Source: Cyanidioschyzon merolae (lineage: Eukaryota). Taken from it: a DNA stretch of 64,000 bases. The stretch's first letter is position 1, and each line of letters begins with the position of its first letter. The notes beneath the pieces were generated by a model. That model made no database searches, had not been told where the DNA came from, and saw only the letters and a program-made list of their open reading frames with translations. Of this stretch, positions 57,301-64,000 are shown piece by piece. A program made the translations under genes and the position numbers. The stretch lies in assembly GCA_000091205.1 (NCBI GenBank), contig AP006494.2; one strand, given 5' to 3'.

Positions 57301-60300
57301 CTGTCGAGCCAGGGGCTATCGAGCATGCGACGCCACTTCAAACTCGACTCGCGTCTAGTATGTCGCATACGGAGGGCCGGGTATTGTCGGCACTAGCGCT
57401 GGAGTCGACACCAGGTCCTGCGGTTGGAAATGAGGCCGCATCGCAGCCGCTGACTGCGCTGAATGTTGCTGCTTCTGGCACTGGCCGGCATCCAGGGCGC
57501 AACGACGACGACGACGACGACGACGACGAACATGGATCGACACCTGGTACGAGCAGGCGATCCACAGAAGCAACCGAGAATCCCTCCAAGGTGCCAGCTT
57601 CGACGTTGCCAGAGGCGACGAATCTCGAAACGGCATCTGCATGGCATCGCTGGGTCAGTGGACGGACGCGTTCATTGCCTACCATATCCCCAGAGGTGAT
57701 CGAGGCCGCACTGCGTTCCGCCGAAGCACCCAGCGGCACGGATGCTGCTAGCACCTTGCAAGCGACTTGGCGACGTCGTGCTGGACGCATGCACCGACGA
57801 CTGGAGACGATAAGCGGCGCGATGCCTGCAGCAGCAGCAACAGCAACAACAACAACAACAACAACGACCACCACTGGTGCGACTTCAGCAATACACCCTG
57901 AATCGGCTACCAAGCATACAAGCAACACCACTGACAAGTCTTCGTCGACGACGAAGACAAAGACGCGGATCGAGGCCCGCTCGTCTGCCGAACGGCTTGG
58001 CGAGGCAGCGCAGGCGTCGAGCACGCCTCGTGCCGCTGCTGGTGCTACTTCATCATCAACATCAGCACCAGCAACCAGAGTGCGTTCGCTGCGGATTACC
58101 ATTCAGGTTGATACCCTGGTTTGTATGCTGCTACACGAGGACGCTTGGAGCCAGCCACCGAGTGCATCGATGAGGCCCGGGGGCCGCTCCTGGTATCAGG
58201 CAGTGATAGCGAATGAGGTCAACGCAAGCGAGTCGCCTATGGTCAGCTACCTACCCACGGTCGTGCTCTATGGCGCATTCTCGGTACAGAGTCGGGAGCC
58301 GGCAGTTAGCGATGCACAAGGCGCTCTCTGTATCGATATCTTCAATGACTATTTGGGAGCGTGGGAGCCTCTCGTGGAACACTGTGCTGGCTGTCTGCAA
58401 TGGAATGAGCAGGAGCTGCCGCTCACCGGGGAAGTGTCAGAGCTCGGCGCTGCAGTGCGCTCGACAGGTGCCAGCGCGGACACCGGCACTGCTGCACCAA
58501 GTGCCGGTCTGCGTCCTCGACATCGACTATGGCATCTGGTTGTCGCTGACGCCCTCGAGATGAATATCAGTGAGGCCTTTCTACCGGCGCTCGATAGACT
58601 GGCAAAGGCAGTGGAACAGATCGTACACGACTGGCGTGCATTGGCGACGCAACCGAAAGCAGGTCCCGAGACGCCAACCAGCACGGTGCACTCGCCATCG
58701 ATGGCACTGCTACCAGTATCCGAAGCAGCGCTGGTGACAAGGTGCGTATCCAGCGAGATGGATCATCAGGAAGCACCTGAAGACGTTGGAATAGCAGCAG
58801 CAGCAGCAACAACAACAACAACGTCAGCAGCAGCGCCAAGGAAAATCGATGTACAGGAAGCCGGTGAATACGCTGCAGCATCCGGAAGAAACAAAACATC
58901 ACGCGACAACGGCGATGCCCCTGACAGAACGGAAGCGGCTGCCGAATCCTCATCTCACAGCGTCTGGCTGCCGGAGACCAGGCAGCAGCCGAATGCCGGA
59001 CCTGGTGTGCGTCGTCACCCGCGTCCAACGTTGGCAGCCCTGGTGATTCACAACTGTACCGGTCTACCTTTGCTGATAGAATCGAAAGCGTTGCGAACAC
59101 GTAAGCTTGCACTGAGCTCTATGGCTGTCGAGGTGCGGCTCACCGATCTCTACACGGATACGAATCTCGAGTCGTCGGAGCACTTCCAGGCCTGGCGCTC
59201 GCATTTGACAAAAATGCTCGATACATTGCGCGCTTCCGCAGCAAAGAACGTTTTGTTTCCCGGCAGCGCCAGCTCTGACGAACTAGCAAAGAGCACCGCT
59301 TCGGGCGACGGAGCACGCGCAACACGAAAGCGTTCCCCCGACATGCGCGTGAACCGGAACGCCGCTCCCGAGCCGATGGGCACTGGCCTATTTCGACCGC
59401 TTGCTGCGGGTCTTGCGGATTGTGTACTGCGGATCGCTGGCTTTCATCCGGTTCGCGTGAACACTTGTCATTTCGGCACACAGACCTACACGCTGGAACC
59501 GGACACGAGTGCATCGGGCCTCGAGTTGACCGCTGCCTCCGCAGAGTGCTTGCGCTCATGTACCCTGATATGGGAACTTGGTGTCCTGAATGGAGCCATC
59601 ACGGGGGTGGCACGTTCCCTGCTTCGTTTCACGAACCAGCTTCAGGTCCCGCTACAGATTCGCTACGAAATGGCCACGCCAGCGGCAGCGCTTATCGATT
59701 GGTCGCGGAGCCTGCATCCGGGAGCAGTTGCGGATAGTCCACGGGTGGCGCTTTTGGCACCCGGCGAGTCGTGGTCACCACCGCTGCTGGCGCGCCTGGA
59801 TCGGCTGCAGGTGCGGCCCTGGTGTCGCCGGTGGTGCTTGCCGGTACCCGCGACGCAGTCGAGCGCTTCCCAGGGGGCAGCTGACGACCCCAGAATCGAG
59901 ACCAGTGGCCACCTGTCAGCTGATCAGTCGCTCGATACCTCCATCACAAGTTCCTTTGGTGACTCGGAAGCGACCTGGTCGGCACCGTTGCCAGACGTGA
60001 GCACGCTCCGGATGCTGGTTGCCGAGTCCTACCAGCGACGCAAGCGCATGCGTACCGTCGGTGCCGCTGCCTCAGCTTCGACCGCTGGAGGTGCGGCGGA
60101 AGTGCTCATGGCGCAGCAACGCTCGAGTTTGTTGACGTTACAGGGCGCGCGGCTCGGTTCACTGCCGTTTCATGTGGACTTGATTCCCCGTATCAGCTCG
60201 TATGCACGCTTCTCGCCAATGCAGCACGACTGGGTGGATTTGTGCTTTCGAGCGCCGCTGGTGCTTGCCAATCTGTTGCCAATAGCGGTCGTGATTCGGC

Positions 60301-62628
60301 TGCATCGTGCTGGAAGCAGTACACCACTGTGGACGAGCGGGATACTCGCGGCCGGTCAGTCCGCTGCCGTCCATATAACCCGTAGTCTGAACGGACTATT
60401 TTTCTCGGTAGCTCTGGTGCATCTCATCAACACGAATAGTGCCTTGGCATCTGATTTGGCCGTACAGCGGAATGCGCCCATTTCCCGAGAATGCGACGAC
60501 GCTCCGGACGAGACAGCGGACTCACGCTATTCCACGGACTCGGAGCGAGTCGACGCTGAATGCATCTGGTCGGAGCCTATACGTTTGCCACCGAAATGGC
60601 CCTGCGAGGGCTCTTTTCTCTGCCCGCGCGTGTTCGACTGGACCATGCTAACGTTCGAGGGTACCTGGGAGACACCAGCTCTGGATCCGCATGCGGTTAC
60701 GGTGCCGGTGGCGAGCCAGCGCCTCCAGCTCTCCGCGAGCTGCTGGTTACAAAATCGCTCTGACTGTGCGCTCTGCATTGATCCGGGGTTTGTCGGGGAT
60801 CGTCTGCCCACTAGAGGTCTCACTCAGCGGCGAAAAGCAAGCGCCCTGCGTCAGCACGCCCGGGAGCGCAGTTCTGGCGCCGACTCGATCATGTCCGCCA
60901 AGGCGAGCATCGACAGCGAATCCACAGCGGCAGCGTGCGCCCCGGACGAGCGCTTCATCCTCCTCAATGCCTGGATCGAAGGCCAGGTGCCGGAGCCGTA
61001 TCTTCCGCTCGCTGTGCAGAGCTTTCGTCTTGCCGTCATTGAGCAGCAGCTGGGAACTTGGTCAGATCCGATCTTCGTTCGAGACCTGGATCAGGTACAG
61101 GTGCTGAACCTGCCGGAACGAGTTCTCGTCCTGAGTAGCCGCCCGGTGAGTGATCCTTTTGGGAACAGCCTTGTTCTGAGCATTCATAATGTGGCGCGGA
61201 TTGTGAATCGCACGCCACTTCCCTTTGAATACGTCCAGACGCTGCAGCATTTGCACGTAGAGACGCTTCTGGAAGGTCGCCCGTCCGCCACCGTTGGCCA
61301 GGTACACTCGCTAGATCCTGGTGCAAGTGCCGCACTACACTGGGAACTGGCGGATATGGAGCGGCATGGCGTATTACGCATCCGACCCGCTGGCGATGCG
61401 CTGCCTGCAGTGGCGAAGGCTGGCACGCGAGTCAGCGCTGGTGACGCAGCTGGCGGCCTGCTCCAGCGGACAAGCGCGCGCGTGAAGGCGCACACGCCGA
61501 GCGCATCTGCCGCTGCCGACGCAGCAACCTGTTCACAGCAGCAGCAGCAGCAGCAGCGTCGACGTCGCCATTCTCCAGCAGCAGCGCGCGTCCCTGAGGA
61601 TGCCGACTCGCCAGCAGCGGCATCTGGACGAGCACCCTCGCCGTGGCTATGGAGCTGCGGGATTCCCATCGGCATGACAGGGCATTACGCACTGAAACTG
61701 TACCGTCCCGATACGCTGCACCAGTACATCGCGAAGCTGAGTTTGCAACCCAGTCCTGACGGTGTTTGGATGGTGATTTTGGATCCCGAGGATCCCGAGC
61801 ACCCGCCGATGCGTCTCCAGAATATCTGCACCCGCTACGCTGTTGCATACCGTCAACTGGACGCGAGTCGGCGCTTTTGGCTGCTGCGTCCTGGTTACGC
61901 AGCACGCTACGCCTGGGATAATCCCTTCACGTTTCCCAAGTCCCGTCGACTATTACTGGAAGTCGAAGAGACGCGATTCGCCTTGGCTCTAGATGGACTC
62001 GGGGAATGCGTCGCTGTCCTACCCCTTGGGCCGCACTGTCCGTCGTTGCAGGTTGCCATATCCTTGGATGGTCCGACCAAGGTCATTACACTGTACGATG
62101 ATCGCGAGATTTTTCATCTCTTTCGTCAAGGTATCGTAGCGGATGCACTTTTGGTAGCACGCGCAGCGGCCCAAGCGACTGGACGTGCACAAGCGGCAAC
62201 AGCGCCGGTACCGGTCGCGCTGTCGCACCGCCGCCCTTGGCTGATGCGGCAACAGAGGCGCAGCTCTTTGCGTTGGTTTCGCCGCTACGGCTTTGTGCGA
62301 CCCAGTTGGCCCGAAGAGAATGAGGTTGACTCAGATGCCTTCCAGCACTTGGATTTCTTCTTTGAGCTTGAGCGGATCGGGGTGTCGTTTCTGACCATGG
62401 AACCGGCCGAATTAGCGTATTTGACCTGTCATCGCTTACGTGGCGGCTATACTACGGATTACAAAGGATGTGCGCTGGAAGTCGGCATCGAACGCATCGA
62501 ATTGGATGATCAGCGCAGCAGCTGTGTACATCCCAAGGTTTTGCGTGTGCAGCCACAGCGCCTGAGACCCTCACATGCCGCTGAATCGACAACCAGCGCG
62601 AAGGACGATAGCGCAGCGGCATCAACGA

Positions 62629-62674
<46 letters not shown>

Positions 62675-63241
62675 GACAAGAACTGCAGTGCCTAGGGAAC
62701 CAGCAGACGCGCGTCCATCGCTCTCGCGTGGCCGCGTGTCTGCTGCAGAGGAAGCTCTCTACCCAGCGCTCTATCTATCCTTCGAGCTTGGAGCGCCCTA
62801 CAGCGGCGACGTATGGAATGTTCGCTTCGGTTATGTGGCGCTTCAGACCATCGAATTATGCCTCGAGGAGGGTTTCATTCGTGCAGCCTGGCCCTTTCTC
62901 CAGTTGCTTGTCGCCAATGACGTCGACGAGCCCGAGCACGCTGTCACTAGAGACATCTCGACGGTGCCGCCAGCGTCCGCATCCGAGCCCGGCCGTCAGA
63001 TCTATTTCGAATACCTGTTGGTGAACCCGCTGACGCTGCGTGTGAGCTTCTTCATCAGCCCTATCGCATCGCAATCTGCTGAACAAGACGTCCCTCCATA
63101 TGCACGCTCCGTGCCGAGTGTGCAGTTGACGCCCTTGAACGAAATCCATGGATCACGCTTCCGCGCCGGTAACGCAACGACAGGCGCTGGGCTGGAATTC
63201 GATACCCCTGACGCAAACTCTCCAAGCACGAGAGACGCAAC

Positions 63242-63292
<51 letters not shown>

Positions 63293-64000
63293 CGCACAAC
63301 CGGCCCCGTCACATCCGGCGAGCGATGGTGCATTGGTACTGGCACCTGAGCGAAGCTCCGTAGAGACGGCTCCTGCTGGAAACCGACAGGCGTCGCCAGA
63401 GCGTTCCAGACAGCACAGTCGTGCACTCGACCGAGGACGGGACGCCAGTGACACGTTTTCGGCATCTGCCTCGGCAGCGGTGCAGCACTCGCTGAGTCGT
63501 CGAATTGGCTCTGGAACAGGTGCGCTCGCTGGGGGCCATGTCTTGCACACAGGCTCGGAGCAGAGCGTTCGCCTGGGTGGCGGCGGAAATCGTAGCGTTC
63601 GCGGGTACCGCACCATTCTACGTCCATTACTTGCAGCACTGGGAACCGTCGAAGATGCATCGCTCAGTGCGCGTGCGCTCCTCCTGGAACATTATCTGGA
63701 TTCGGTGGGTCACTGGCTAGAGTTCATCCAGGAATTCTATCTGCTGCAGTTCAGGGCGTCGCAATTGCAACTGCTAGCATCCAGTGATCTGCTGGGCAAT
63801 CCGACGCGTTTGCTTGATTCGGTAGCAGAGGGAGTTAGCGAGATCTTCGAGACACCGCGCCAAGCAACCTCCAGTTACGACCTGTTGCTGCGCCTCAGTC
63901 GCGCGAACATGGGCCTCTTCACCAACTCGGTGCGGGGTCTCTTTCGGACTGTGTCGGCGGTCTCTGCGTCGTTGTCACGCGGCCTCACTGCCATGACCGG
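48951..64000 (+). CDS. VPS13: VPS13-family bridge-like lipid-transfer protein, single uninterrupted ORF of at least 5016 codons (3' end beyond the window)
   Basis: ATG at 48951, preceded by an in-frame TAA at 48942-48944. The N-terminal chorein-N motif 'MLAHFVAELLSGTLGQYVKIDERQISVGIWSGQLELHELQLVPEAVQVLFERACGSAPFHVRSGYIGRVCVEVPWKTLSWSQPLRIQIEDVCVQLAALP' matches VPS13 'M..V..LLN.FLG.YVENLD..QL.IGIWGG.V.L.NL.L...AL..L.LP..V..G.IG.L.L.IPW.NL..QPV...IEDIYLL'. Frame 0 (positions divisible by 3) was followed by hand through to 64000 without a stop. The ORF track lists no frame-0 '+' ORF anywhere in 48951-64000, consistent with an ORF that has no in-window stop. VPS13-like C-terminal blocks appear near the end ('LLGNPTRLLDSVAEGVSEIFETP'). 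Confidence 0.85.
51282..51318 (+). repeat. (GCC)n microsatellite encoding a polyAla tract inside VPS13
   Basis: cgccgccgccgccgccgccgccgccgccgccgccgc; frame 0 reads AAAAAAAAAAAA. Confidence 0.9.
54116..54142 (+). repeat. (CAG)n microsatellite encoding a polyGln tract inside VPS13
   Basis: cagcagcagcagcagcagcagcagcaa read directly. Similar in-ORF tracts are (TCG)n polySer at about 55507-55530, (GAC)n polyAsp at about 57503-57530, (ACA)n polyThr at about 57830-57868, (GCA)n polyAla at about 62633-62672, and (CAG)17 polyGln at 63243-63293. Confidence 0.9.

Noticed and set aside
1-64000. The possibility that the locus is a kinetoplastid-style polycistronic array (GC-rich, intronless).
   Set aside because: Gene orientation alternates gene by gene (- + - + + - + + + - - +), which is incompatible with long unidirectional polycistrons.

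Overview
This is a GC-rich (roughly 55-60%), intron-poor stretch of eukaryotic nuclear DNA with genes on both strands. Twelve conserved housekeeping genes are readable as single uninterrupted ORFs. They are RIC1 (the C-terminal part, running off the 5' edge), the CCA tRNA nucleotidyltransferase, the Ykt6 SNARE, TFIIE-beta, an ATAD1/Msp1-like AAA ATPase, proteasome lid subunit Rpn3, CCR4-NOT subunit NOT3, LCMT1, a DDX51/Dbp6-like and a DDX6/Dhh1-like DEAD-box helicase, SYS1, and the prenyltransferase alpha subunit. One giant intronless VPS13-family ORF starts at 48951 and is still open at 64000; it has no in-window stop, which is why it is missing from the ORF track. Trinucleotide microsatellites are common, both inside coding sequence (polyQ, polyA, polyS, polyD and polyT tracts) and between genes. 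The ORF track marks GTG and TTG starts as 'M', so start codons were re-derived from the DNA. The most notable content is three loci encoding fragmented TnpB/Fanzor-like RuvC nucleases (RNA-guided OMEGA-type endonuclease homologues) that lie in AT-richer islands between housekeeping genes. Two of these paralogues share a nearly identical ~610-bp internal segment. Alongside them is a ~1.07-kb dispersed repeat family with two ~99%-identical direct copies and a third divergent copy that is conserved at the protein level. No rRNA, tRNA or CRISPR features could be supported. The taxon cannot be fixed from sequence alone; the intron paucity, GC content and polyQ-rich proteins fit a stramenopile or oomycete-like protist (low confidence).
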